In this document: one piece after another, positions 25,454 to 34,063 of the stretch
Layout: each line of letters starts with the position of its first letter
Numbering within the stretch: the stretch's first letter is position 1
Assembly: GCA_963727905.1 (NCBI GenBank)
Contig: CAVSIC010000021.1
Coordinates: 34,998 to 98,997, forward strand
Length of the DNA: 64,000 nt
Direction of reading: 5' to 3'
From: an uncultured Microthrixaceae bacterium
GTDB lineage: Bacteria; Actinomycetota; Acidimicrobiia; Acidimicrobiales; VFJN01
Translations under genes and position numbers: made by a program
The notes under the pieces: model-generated
Database searches by the model: none
What the model was told of the DNA's origin: nothing
The model's input: the letters and a program-made list of their open reading frames with translations, nothing else

Positions 25454-27763
25454 TCAGGCGTCCTGCGGGACCTTCTCCTCCAGCTCGTCGTCGAGGGGGG
25501 CGGCCACGCTGGTGCCCTCCACCGCGACGTGCGGGATCAGCCGGTCGAGCCACCGCGGCAGCCACCAGTTCCGGTCGCCCAGGAGCTCCATGGTGGCCGG
25601 CACCAGGAGCATGCGGACGATGGTGGCGTCGAGGAAGATCGCCGACGCGAGGCCGGTGCCCATCAGCTTGAACGTGCGGTCGTTCTCGAGGATGAAGCTC
25701 CCGAACACCACGACCATGATCGCGGCAGCTGCCGTGATCACCTTCGCCGTGGCGGCGAGCCCGTCGGCCACGGAGGTCCGGCTGTCGCCCGTGCGGTGCC
25801 ACTCCTCCCGCACCCGCGAGAGCAGGAAGACCTCGTAGTCCATCGACAGGCCGAACACGATGGCGAACAGCATCATCGGCATCCAGGGCTCGACCGGGCC
25901 GGGCTGCACGCCGGTGATGTCGCTCAGCCACCCCCACTGGAAGAGGGCGACCATGATCCCGTAGGCGGCACCGATCGACAGCAGGTTCATCACCACCGCC
26001 TTCAGCGGGACCAGCAGCGACCGGAACACCACCATCAGCAGCAGGAACGACAGGATCAGCACGGCCCCGAAGAAGATCGGGATGCGCTCGCGCATCAGGC
26101 TGGAGGCGTCGACGTTGGCGGCGACGATGCCCGTGACCTTGATGTCGGTGCCGGTGGCCTGCTCGACGCCCGGGAGGACGTCGTCACGGAGGCGGTCGAC
26201 GAGCGCGTCGGTGGCCTCGTCCTGCGGTCCGGAGGTGGGGGCGACGAACCACCGCACCGCGGTGCCGGCCTCGTTCGGCTGCGGACCGAGCACGGCCGCC
26301 ACGGACGGATCCGCGCCGACCGCCGTGTTGACCGCCGCGAGCGCCTGCAGGTCGGCCCCCGGCTGGACCTCGGTCACGAGGTACAGCGGGCCGTTGAAGC
26401 CCTTGCCGAAGCCCTCGACCAGGAGGTCGTAGGCCTGCTTCGTGGTGGTGTCGTCCGCGAAGTTGCTCTCGTCGGAGAAGGCCAGGCGCAGCCCGAGCAC
26501 CGGGATCGTGAGCACGAGGAGCACCACAGCCCCGCCGAGCGTCGCCCGCCACGGCCGGTGCTGGATCACGCGGCTCCACCGGTAGGCGACGGTCTCGCGG
26601 CGCGGCTTCGGCGGTCGGTGGGTGATCTCGGTCTTGAGGGCCGGGACGAACGTCCCGACGATCAGGACCAGGATCGCGAGTGGGAACGCGCCCATGAGCG
26701 GGGGGACGTCGAGGCCGAACCCGACGAGGCCGACGGCGACGAGGGTGGCGGCGAGCAGCCCGCGGCGCTTGGTCCGCTCGATGTTCTCGCCGGCGAAGCC
26801 GAGGAACGCCGGGAGCAGCGTCACCGAGGCCAGGACCGTGAGCAGGACGGTGAAGGCGGCCGTGACGGCGAGGCCCTGCACGAACCCGATGCCCATGAGC
26901 AGCATGCCGAGGACCGAGACCACGACCGTGGCGCCCGCGAACAGCACGGAGCGGCCGGCGGTGTCCATCGCGATGCCGACCGACTCCCGCACGTCGTGTC
27001 CGGCATGGAGCTGCTCGCGGTGTCTCGTGATGATCAGCAGCGCGTAGTCGATGCCGACGCCGAGCCCGATCATGATCCCGATGAACGGGGCGAACTCCGG
27101 GACGTCGATGAGGTTGCTGAACAGGATGACGCCCGCCCCACCGATGCCGATCCCCACGAGCGCGACCGCGACGGGCAGGCCCATGGCCAGCACCGAGCCG
27201 AACGCGACGATGAGGATGATCACGGCGAAGGCGAGGCCGAGGGCCTCGGAGCTGGGCTCCTCGAACTCGGCGAAGAGGTAGCCACCGAGCTCCACCCGCA
27301 GGCCGTCGATCTCCGGGAAGTTGTCCTCGATGGCGTCGCGGTCGTCGCCGACCTTCGCGAAGTCGACGTCCTCGGGATACTCGACGTTGGCGTACGCGAT
27401 GGTGCCGTCCTCGGAGATGAGCTCCTCGCCGCCCGGGCCGTACGGGCTCTGCACCGCGACGACCTCGGGGTACGTGGCGACCTCGTCGATGAGCGCGGAC
27501 ATGGCGGCCTGCACCGCGGGGTCGTCCACGCCCTGGTCGGCCTGGAACACGATCGTGCCGACCTGGCCGGCGCCCTGTCCCTCGAACTCCGCGGTGAGGA
27601 TGTCGAAGCCCTCGGACGATTCGGCCCCGGGGAGGCTGAAGTCCTGTCGGTAGTCCTCGCCGATGCTGCTGGCGATGCCGTTGCTCAGGACGAGGATGAG
27701 GACCCACGCGGCGACCACCCAGCGGCGGCGGTCGTGGCACCAGGGACCGAGTCGGGCGAACAT
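25454..27763 (-). CDS. MMPL-family (RND superfamily) lipid transporter
   Basis: 769 aa from ATG 27763. Two six-TM bundles each follow a large periplasmic domain. 'GLGVGIDYALLIITRHRE' and 'GLSMDYEVFLLSRVREEW' are the duplicated MMPL signatures. The track ORF extension to 29329 is antisense to the WS/DGAT gene. Confidence 0.92.
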   Translation of the reverse strand: MFARLGPWCHDRRRWVVAAWVLILVLSNGIASSIGEDYRQDFSLPGAESSEGFDILTAEFEGQGAGQVGTIVFQADQGVDDPAVQAAMSALIDEVATYPEVVAVQSPYGPGGEELISEDGTIAYANVEYPEDVDFAKVGDDRDAIEDNFPEIDGLRVELGGYLFAEFEEPSSEALGLAFAVIILIVAFGSVLAMGLPVAVALVGIGIGGAGVILFSNLIDVPEFAPFIGIMIGLGVGIDYALLIITRHREQLHAGHDVRESVGIAMDTAGRSVLFAGATVVVSVLGMLLMGIGFVQGLAVTAAFTVLLTVLASVTLLPAFLGFAGENIERTKRRGLLAATLVAVGLVGFGLDVPPLMGAFPLAILVLIVGTFVPALKTEITHRPPKPRRETVAYRWSRVIQHRPWRATLGGAVVLLVLTIPVLGLRLAFSDESNFADDTTTKQAYDLLVEGFGKGFNGPLYLVTEVQPGADLQALAAVNTAVGADPSVAAVLGPQPNEAGTAVRWFVAPTSGPQDEATDALVDRLRDDVLPGVEQATGTDIKVTGIVAANVDASSLMRERIPIFFGAVLILSFLLLMVVFRSLLVPLKAVVMNLLSIGAAYGIMVALFQWGWLSDITGVQPGPVEPWMPMMLFAIVFGLSMDYEVFLLSRVREEWHRTGDSRTSVADGLAATAKVITAAAAIMVVVFGSFILENDRTFKLMGTGLASAIFLDATIVRMLLVPATMELLGDRNWWLPRWLDRLIPHVAVEGTSVAAPLDDELEEKVPQDA

Positions 27764-27904
27764 GGCAGCTCCTGCAGGCGTGGGATGGATGTCCGGCAGA
27801 CGCAGCATGGCCTCCCGAGTCATCGGACAAAGGGATCTTTCCTGCACCATCGCGCAGAATCCCTGACATCCCGTGTCCGGTGACAACCGACCAAATACGC
27901 CCAG

Positions 27905-29317
27905 ATGGTCAAGTTCGATAGCGTCGGTCGGATGCCCACTGCGAAGCGCTTGAACGAGGCCGATGCCAACTTCGTGGTGGTGGGGGCCGCGAGCGGCACC
28001 CCGTTCGTGCCCGTCGCGGTCACGGTCTACGAGCACCCGCACCCCGATCCGGCCACCACCGAGCACCTCATCGAGGTGATGTCCCGGCTGCTCCCGTCGA
28101 TGCACCAGCGCATCGTGCGCGATCGGCTGAGCCCCGCGCTCCCCCGCTGGGAGGACGTCCCCGGGTTCGATCCCGCCGACCACACGGTGGTGCTGCCCGC
28201 CCCGGGCGACGGCACCCTGCGGGCCGTCCTCGACTGGGCCCAGGAGTGGGGACGGCTGCCGCTCCCCCTCGACCGTCCGCAGTGGCGGTCCGTGAGCTTC
28301 GAGGACGTCACCGTCGACGGCGTCCCCGGCCGACTCGTGATGGTGGCGCAGTTCCACCACGCGGTGATCGACGGGATGGGCGCGATGCGTCTGGCCGAGC
28401 ACTTCTACCAGTGGGGTCCCGACGGCGAGCTGCCGGCGATGCCCGACCCCGTCGAGGCCGACACCTCCACCCCGTTGGAGGCGTGGAAGGCCGGGTGGGC
28501 ATCCGAGGCCGGCAAGGCCAAGGCGCTGCTCCGCAACACGGGGCGCCGCCTGCGGTGGGCCGCGTCGAACCCGAAGGCCGGCGTCGCCCGCGCCAAGGAG
28601 CTCGGCGCCGCGCTGCAGCGCATGCAGGCCGAGCAGGGCACCGAGCCGCTCAGCCCCCTGCTCCGCCGCACGTCCGACCGCAACCGCTTCGACCACCTTC
28701 GCGTCGACCTCGACGCCCTGCGGGCCGGCGCCCGCTCCCTGGGCGGCAGCGCCAACGACGGCCTGCTGGCGGCGGTGAGCCTCGGCCTGCACCGGTACCA
28801 CCTCGACCACGGCCTGCGCGTCCCCGCGGTGCGCACGGCGATGGCGATCAGCACCCGCACCGAGGCCGACGGCCACGCCGGCAACGAGCTGATCGCCGCG
28901 ATCATGGGGCTGCCGCTCATCGGTGACGCGGAGACCGCGGTGAAGGAGTGCCAGGCCGTCAGCCGCGCCCAGCGGGACGACCGCGACGTGATGTGGCTGA
29001 TGGACCGCTCGCGGGCGGCGATCAACCGCTTCCCGAAGCCCCTGATCGCCCGCACGATCGTGAAGGGCAGCAAGGCCCTCGACATGACGATCTCCAACGT
29101 CAAGGGCATGCCCCTGCGCAGCTGGGTGGGCGGCGTCGAGTCCCTGGAGACCGTGCCCTTCGTCATCGGCGGCCCGGCCCTCTCCGTCACCCTCATCAGC
29201 GGCCCGTCGTTCGCCTCCCTCGGCGTGGTCACCTGCCCCGAGGCCATCACCGACCCCGAGGTCCTGGTGCAGCACTTCGAGAAGGCCTTCGAAGAGGTCA
29301 GCGCCCTCGCCGGTTGA
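27905..29317 (+). CDS. WS/DGAT-family O-acyltransferase (wax ester synthase / diacylglycerol acyltransferase-like)
   Basis: 470 aa. The catalytic 'HHAVIDGMG' (HHxxxDG) motif is present, and the C-terminal half is typical of WS/DGAT. ATG 27932 is an alternative start. Confidence 0.85.
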   Translation: MVKFDSVGRMPTAKRLNEADANFVVVGAASGTPFVPVAVTVYEHPHPDPATTEHLIEVMSRLLPSMHQRIVRDRLSPALPRWEDVPGFDPADHTVVLPAPGDGTLRAVLDWAQEWGRLPLPLDRPQWRSVSFEDVTVDGVPGRLVMVAQFHHAVIDGMGAMRLAEHFYQWGPDGELPAMPDPVEADTSTPLEAWKAGWASEAGKAKALLRNTGRRLRWAASNPKAGVARAKELGAALQRMQAEQGTEPLSPLLRRTSDRNRFDHLRVDLDALRAGARSLGGSANDGLLAAVSLGLHRYHLDHGLRVPAVRTAMAISTRTEADGHAGNELIAAIMGLPLIGDAETAVKECQAVSRAQRDDRDVMWLMDRSRAAINRFPKPLIARTIVKGSKALDMTISNVKGMPLRSWVGGVESLETVPFVIGGPALSVTLISGPSFASLGVVTCPEAITDPEVLVQHFEKAFEEVSALAG

Positions 29318-29323
29318 CCCCGA

Positions 29324-29389
29324 CCCCACTGGTTCTGGCCCGGAACGGTGGACCTATAGGTCGACGATCCCGGGCCAGAACGCGTGGGG
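29324..29389. repeat. 66-bp palindromic intergenic element, copy A (20-bp arms CCCCACTGGTTCTGGCCCGG / CCGGGCCAGAACGCGTGGGG, centre with perfect palindrome GACCTATAGGTC)
   Basis: Read directly. It begins 7 nt after the WS/DGAT stop. A second copy of identical length and arm sequence lies at 46892-46957. Confidence 0.9.
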
Positions 29390-29537
29390 TGTCGCGGGCG
29401 GTGATGGCTCCGATGTAACGCGAAGCCGTCTCCGCGCAATACAGGGGTAGGCACCGACCGGTCCTACCAAGCAGAGGAACCGCGACGCGGTGTCGACCCA
29501 CCGAGGGAGTCCCCTCAGATCGGAGGTCGACGTCTCG

Positions 29538-29930
29538 ATGATCGAGACGGAAGGTCATCGCCTCACTCGGAGGCGCTTCATGGTCGGATCCACAGCAACG
29601 CTCGCGGCCGGGTCCGGATTGCTCGTGGCGTCTGCCACTCCCGCCGGGGCCCTTCCAGGATCCGCGACCGCGAAGATCACCTACGTTGGCGTCGGGGATT
29701 TCGTCCGCTGCCGCATGTACGGCGCAGGGTGGATCCGCGGGACGATCACCTACACCGTGTACCACTACGGCACCGTCATCTGGCGCGACACTCGCGTCAA
29801 GTACAGCGCCACCAGCTTCGACTACACCCACGTCGTCGACTGTGACGGCCTCGACGGTCCATGGGGACTTGTCGTGGACGTCTCCGGGGCCGGGGGCGCA
29901 ACCTCGGCAAACGACGGCACTTGGGTTTGA
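29538..29930 (+). CDS. Small Tat-signal secreted protein, unknown function
   Basis: 'LTRRRFMVGSTATLAAGSGLLVASATPAGA' is a twin-arginine signal with an AxA cleavage site. The mature part is about 100 aa and beta-rich (ITYVGVGDFVRCRMYGAGWIRGTITYTVYHYG...). GC content is visibly lower than in the flanks. The start is ATG 29538 or the track start 29490. Confidence 0.5.
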   Translation: MIETEGHRLTRRRFMVGSTATLAAGSGLLVASATPAGALPGSATAKITYVGVGDFVRCRMYGAGWIRGTITYTVYHYGTVIWRDTRVKYSATSFDYTHVVDCDGLDGPWGLVVDVSGAGGATSANDGTWV

Positions 29931-29942
29931 GGGGAGATTGAC

Positions 29943-30296
29943 ATGACCGACAAGAGCATTCCGAGCCGCACCACCTCCGACGGCGTCTTCCAGACCTTCG
30001 ATCGGGGAGTGTGGACCAGCCACGATGCCCCCGGCTCCTACCGCGAGCAGGTCGAAGAACGAGCCATGGCCCTACTCGCGGCAGCGATCAGGCAGGCCGA
30101 GAACCCGTCGGCCGCTCGACGAGACGCCTCCGAGTCGCTCCGAGCCGCACGGGTCCTCCGGCGTGAGGCCGAGGTTGTGCAGCTCGCCCTCGCCATGACG
30201 GACCGCCACGAGGCGAACGGCTCACCGTTCGACGCGAACCTGGTCCGTTCGTTCATCCGAGAACGCGCCGCCACCAAAACGACCGGCCCACGCTAG
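29943..30296 (+). CDS. Hypothetical cytoplasmic protein (117 aa)
   Basis: ATG preceded by GAGGGGAG. The protein is predicted helical (EQVEERAMALLAAAIRQAENPSAARRDASESLRAARVLRREAEVVQLALAM). No recognisable domain. Confidence 0.45.
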   Translation: MTDKSIPSRTTSDGVFQTFDRGVWTSHDAPGSYREQVEERAMALLAAAIRQAENPSAARRDASESLRAARVLRREAEVVQLALAMTDRHEANGSPFDANLVRSFIRERAATKTTGPR

Positions 30297-30320
30297 CCGA
30301 TTCGGCTCGGACAGCCGCGC

Positions 30321-31422
30321 TTAGGGCTGGCGGCGGGTGAGGCGGTGGAGGTGGGGGGCGGCGCGGCCGGCGACCAGCGGGAGATCGAGGTAGGTGCGGA
30401 GGCCGGGGTCGGCGGCCACGACGTAGGGCACTGCGTTCACGCAGTGCTGCGCGGTGGCGACGATCCCCGGGTTGCGCAGCGAGGCCGGCCTCCACGCTCA
30501 CGGGGTGCAGCTTGTGCGAAGGTCGTCAGGCAGCTCGGGTCACCGGTGACCTCCACCTCGAAGCGCTCGCCGCCGGGGCCGAAGGTCCAGCCGGGATCGA
30601 GGTCGTCGTCGCCCATGAACCAGTTCACCGCCGCGGTGATCACCGGCGTCCCGTCGACCGTGCCCTCCCACCGGAAGCGCTGCGCGGCGACGAGACCCGG
30701 CTCGATCGGCCCGATGGGTGAGTCGATCGGCGCCGTCGCCACGGCCATCTCGTGGGTGGTGCGCAGCTCCGGGTCGAGGTCGAACCCGAGCTCGTCGGCG
30801 ACCATCCACACCGACTGCCGGAAGCCGGCGCCGAGGGCGTCGGCCATGACGCTCGTGCGCGCCTCCTCGGGCGTCTTGCCGAACAGCATCCAGTCGCGGA
30901 TCACGTCGGGGGCGCCGTAGGTGCGGATGTCGGAGAACTCCTCGGCCCGCACGTGGGTGATCGAACCCGAGAGCGCCGACACCATCAGCGGGAAGCGCTC
31001 GGTGATCCCGCCCGGGTGGATGCCCGTGCCGTGCAGGGTGACGCCGGCCTCGCGGCACACCGCGTCGAAGTGCTCGCGCTGGTCGGTCGGCGGGTAGAAC
31101 CAGCCGAGCGGCGTGACCACGTTCTTGCCCGACCGCAGCAGCTGCTCGCACCACGGCCGGGTCCGCCATGAACGGGCTGTAGACGACGCAGTCGGCCTCG
31201 GTGTCGAGCAGTCGCTCGACGTCGGTCGTTGCGGCGACGCCGACCGGCTCGCGGCCGACGAGCGTGCCGAGGTCGGCGCCGTCCTTCGCATCGCTGTGCA
31301 CCCAGCACGCCGACCAGCTCGAGGTCGGCGCGGTCGAGCACCGCCTCGATGGCGGCGCGGCCGACCCCTCCGGTGGCCCACTGGATGACGCGGAGCGGAC
31401 GGTTGGGCGTGGCCGTGGTCAT
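30321..31422 (-). pseudogene. Frameshifted paralogue of the NAD(P)-binding DapB-like/amine-dehydrogenase-family gene at 32968..34035 (at least 4 frame breaks)
   Basis: The protein can only be read by hopping frames. The segments are MTTATPNRPLRVIQWATGGVGRAAIEAVLDRADLELVG, then HSDAKDGADLGTLVGREPVGVAATTDVERLLDTEADCVVYSPFMADPAVV, then EQLLRSGKNVVTPLGWFYPP...WTFGPGGERFEVEVTGDP, then LHPVSVEAGLAAQPG, then IVATAQHCVNAVPYVVAADPGLRTYLDLPLVAG...*. The whole path is colinear with the intact paralogue. Confidence 0.8.
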
Positions 31423-31453
31423 CCCGCAATATCGCGCGGGATCGCCGCCGAGG

Positions 31454-32869
31454 TCAGCGGAGGCGGTGGAACGGGCCGGTGATCGCGAAGCAGAGGCCCT
31501 CGTCCTGGATGTTGGCGAACAGGGTCTTGCCGTCCGGGGCGAAGCACACACCGGTGAACTCGGAGCCGCTGAGCCGGTTGCGGGCGAAGGGGCGGACCTG
31601 GCCGCGCTCGTCCACGGCGAGCAGGTGCTGGGCACCCTGGCCGTCCTCGGCCAGGAAGAACCCGCCGTACGGCGACACGGTGATGTTGTCCGGGCCGTCG
31701 GGCTGGTCCGAGGCGGTGTCGGGATTCACCGGCAGGTGCAGCTCGAGGGTGAGCGTGCGACGGTCGGGGTCGTAGCCCCAGACCTGGCCGTCGTGCTCGG
31801 CCAGCGAGCCGTCGCCGAGCCGGGCGAACGAGCACACGAGGTGGGCCTTGGCGTCGTCGCGGAAGTCGAACCACCGGCGGTCGGGGGTGGCATCCCCCCA
31901 CCACGCCCCCTCGAACTTCCGGCTGCGGGTGACCTCGGTGTCGGCCAGCTGCTTGCGGGTCGACACCGTCGCGGCCTGCGGGTCGGGGACCGGCACCCAG
32001 TCGACGCGGAGTGTCGTGCCGGGGTCGGAGAACACCGACAGGTCGGGCACGTGGGCGCCGCGGAGGCTGCAGCGCATCGCGCTGAGCCGGCCGCCGTTGC
32101 GCAGCGCGCCGTAGGTGCGGCTGCGGTCCCGGGGCTCGAAGCGGTACACGAGCCCGTTGGGGCCCGAGGCGTCCTCCGTGAGGTAGAGGTCGCCGCGGGC
32201 CGGGTCGACGCACACGGCCTCGTGGGCGAACCGGCCGAGCGCCGTCAGCGGCGTGGGCACGAGGTTGTGGAACCGCTGGGCCGGGTCGACCTCGAACACG
32301 AAGCCGTGGTCCTTGTCGGCGGTGGGGCCGGCCTTCTGCTCGGTCTCCTCGCAGGTCAGCCACGTGCCCCACGGGGTGACGCCGCCGGCGCAGTTGGACC
32401 AGGTGCCGGCCAGGCTCACCCGCTCGTCGACCCGCTGGTTGCGGCGGTCGAGCGTGAGGGTGGTGGTGCCGCCCTTGCCCTTGGGGTCGTAGGTGAGCTG
32501 GAGGTCGGCCAGCGTCGGGTTGGCGTCGGCGGCGCCGATCTCGTGGTTCTGGACGAGGCGGACCCCGCCGGCGGGGCCCCAGAACGCGGCGGTGCCGTCG
32601 TGGCGGCCGGGCGTGGCGCCGCCCTCGGTGAGGGGGTCGCCGGCGCGCGACACCACGGCGTAGGTGAACCGGTCGGGCAGGTCGATGACCCCGGCGGGAT
32701 CGGGCACGGGATCGCCGACGGAGCTGGCGGCGGACGCGGGGTTGGCGGCGAGGAGCGTGCTCACGTTGCCGACGGCGAAGGCGCCGGCTCCGATCGCGGT
32801 GTGCTTGAGCATCTGGCGGCGGGTGAGCGACACGGGGGGACCTCCGGGGTGCGTTGGGAGCGACCTCAT
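31454..32869 (-). CDS. Tat-secreted PhoX-like/DUF839 beta-propeller phosphatase
   Basis: 471 aa. Tat motif 'LTRRQMLKHTAIGAGAFAV'. 'NCAGGVTPWGTWLTCEE', 'FAHEAVCVDP...LYLTEDA' and 'PDNITVSPYGGFFLAEDG...EFTGVCFAPDGKTLFANIQ' are DUF839/PhoX hallmarks. Confidence 0.8.
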   Translation of the reverse strand: MRSLPTHPGGPPVSLTRRQMLKHTAIGAGAFAVGNVSTLLAANPASAASSVGDPVPDPAGVIDLPDRFTYAVVSRAGDPLTEGGATPGRHDGTAAFWGPAGGVRLVQNHEIGAADANPTLADLQLTYDPKGKGGTTTLTLDRRNQRVDERVSLAGTWSNCAGGVTPWGTWLTCEETEQKAGPTADKDHGFVFEVDPAQRFHNLVPTPLTALGRFAHEAVCVDPARGDLYLTEDASGPNGLVYRFEPRDRSRTYGALRNGGRLSAMRCSLRGAHVPDLSVFSDPGTTLRVDWVPVPDPQAATVSTRKQLADTEVTRSRKFEGAWWGDATPDRRWFDFRDDAKAHLVCSFARLGDGSLAEHDGQVWGYDPDRRTLTLELHLPVNPDTASDQPDGPDNITVSPYGGFFLAEDGQGAQHLLAVDERGQVRPFARNRLSGSEFTGVCFAPDGKTLFANIQDEGLCFAITGPFHRLR

Positions 32870-32967
32870 GCAAGACGACGCAGATGACCCCTCGGTGGCC
32901 TCCGGTGAGCGCGCGGGTGAGGCGGCGGCGAACTCACCGTCCCGACGACGCCCTAGGGTCCGCCCCC

Positions 32968-34035
32968 ATGGCTGAACAGGTGCCGACGGTCGTGTGGGGG
33001 ACGGGCAACGTGGGGAGGGCGGCGATCCGCGCGGTGGCCGCCCACCCGGGGCTCGACCTGGCGGCGGTCCTCGTGCACGACCCCGCCAAGGTGGGTCGGG
33101 ACGCCGGTGACCTGGCGCGCGCCGGTCGAGACCTCGGAGTGGCCGCCCGCCCCGACGCCGACGGGACCCTGGGCGACATGGCCCCGGGCGCGGTCGTCTA
33201 CGCCGCCTCCGGCGACATCCGGCCGGACGACGCGGCGGCCGACATCGCCAAGGCGCTGCGGGCCGGACACGTGGTGGTCACCCCGGCGATCTACGCGATG
33301 TACGACCCCCGCTCCGCGCCCGCCGAGGTGCGCGACCCCCTCGCGGCGGCGGCCCAGGAGGGTGGCAGCGCCCTGTTCGTGTCGGGCATCGACCCGGGCT
33401 GGGGCAACGACGTGCTCCCCCTGTGGCTCACGGGTCTGGCGTCCACGATCACCCAGGTCCGGTGCCAGGAGATCTTCGACTACACGAGCTACGACCAGCC
33501 CGACTCGGTCCGCTACCTGGTGGGCATGGGTCAGCCGATGGACGAGGTCCCGCCGATGGTGGCCCCGACCGTGCCCACGATGGTGTGGGGCGGGCAGATC
33601 CGCCTCATGGCCCGTGCGCTCGAGCTCGAGCTCGACGAGATCCGCGAGGTGGTCGAGCGCCGGCCGCTCGAGGCCACCGTGGAGAACTCGATGGGCACCT
33701 TCGAGGCCGGCGGGCAGGGCGCCCTCCGCTTCGAGGTGCAGGGCATCGTGGGCGGCGAACCGGTCCTGGTGATCGAGCACGTCACCCGCATCGACCCCCG
33801 CTGCGCGCCCGACTGGCCGCAGCCCCCCGACGGCGCCGACGGTGCCCACACCGTGGTGGTCGACGGGTCGCCCCGCATCGAGGTCACCGTGGAGGCCATC
33901 GCCGAGGACGGACGGGCGGGGGGCGGCAACGCCACCGCGGTCGCCCGTCTGGTCAACGCCATCCCGTGGCTCCGAGCCGCCACGCCGGGCATCTACGACG
34001 CCCTCGACGTGCCGATCCTGCCCGGATGGAAATAG
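32968..34035 (+). CDS. NAD(P)-binding DapB-like / NAD(P)H-dependent amine-dehydrogenase-family protein
   Basis: Start ATG 32968 inside the track ORF. Rossmann N-terminus 'VVWGTGNVGRAAIRAV'. It is colinear with the decayed copy at 30321..31422. Confidence 0.75.
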   Translation: MAEQVPTVVWGTGNVGRAAIRAVAAHPGLDLAAVLVHDPAKVGRDAGDLARAGRDLGVAARPDADGTLGDMAPGAVVYAASGDIRPDDAAADIAKALRAGHVVVTPAIYAMYDPRSAPAEVRDPLAAAAQEGGSALFVSGIDPGWGNDVLPLWLTGLASTITQVRCQEIFDYTSYDQPDSVRYLVGMGQPMDEVPPMVAPTVPTMVWGGQIRLMARALELELDEIREVVERRPLEATVENSMGTFEAGGQGALRFEVQGIVGGEPVLVIEHVTRIDPRCAPDWPQPPDGADGAHTVVVDGSPRIEVTVEAIAEDGRAGGGNATAVARLVNAIPWLRAATPGIYDALDVPILPGWK

Positions 34036-34063
34036 TTGCACTGACAAGTAGGTTGGAGGGAAC

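Noticed and set aside
25454-29329. The 1291-aa ORF as a giant MMPL protein. Similar over-long track ORFs are 4739..7243, 9229..12192, 15968..18316, 34932..37724, 50469..54620 (1383 aa) and 59770..62229.
   Set aside because: Only the part downstream of an internal start matches a protein family. The upstream extensions overlap neighbouring real genes out of frame or antisense, and they have junk composition.
29324-29389. The palindromic element as an insertion sequence or the terminal inverted repeat of a larger transposon.
   Set aside because: No transposase or integrase ORF lies between or next to the two copies, which are 17.5 kb apart and in the same orientation. I could not identify flanking target-site duplications. 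It is treated as a REP/MITE-like or terminator-type repeat only.
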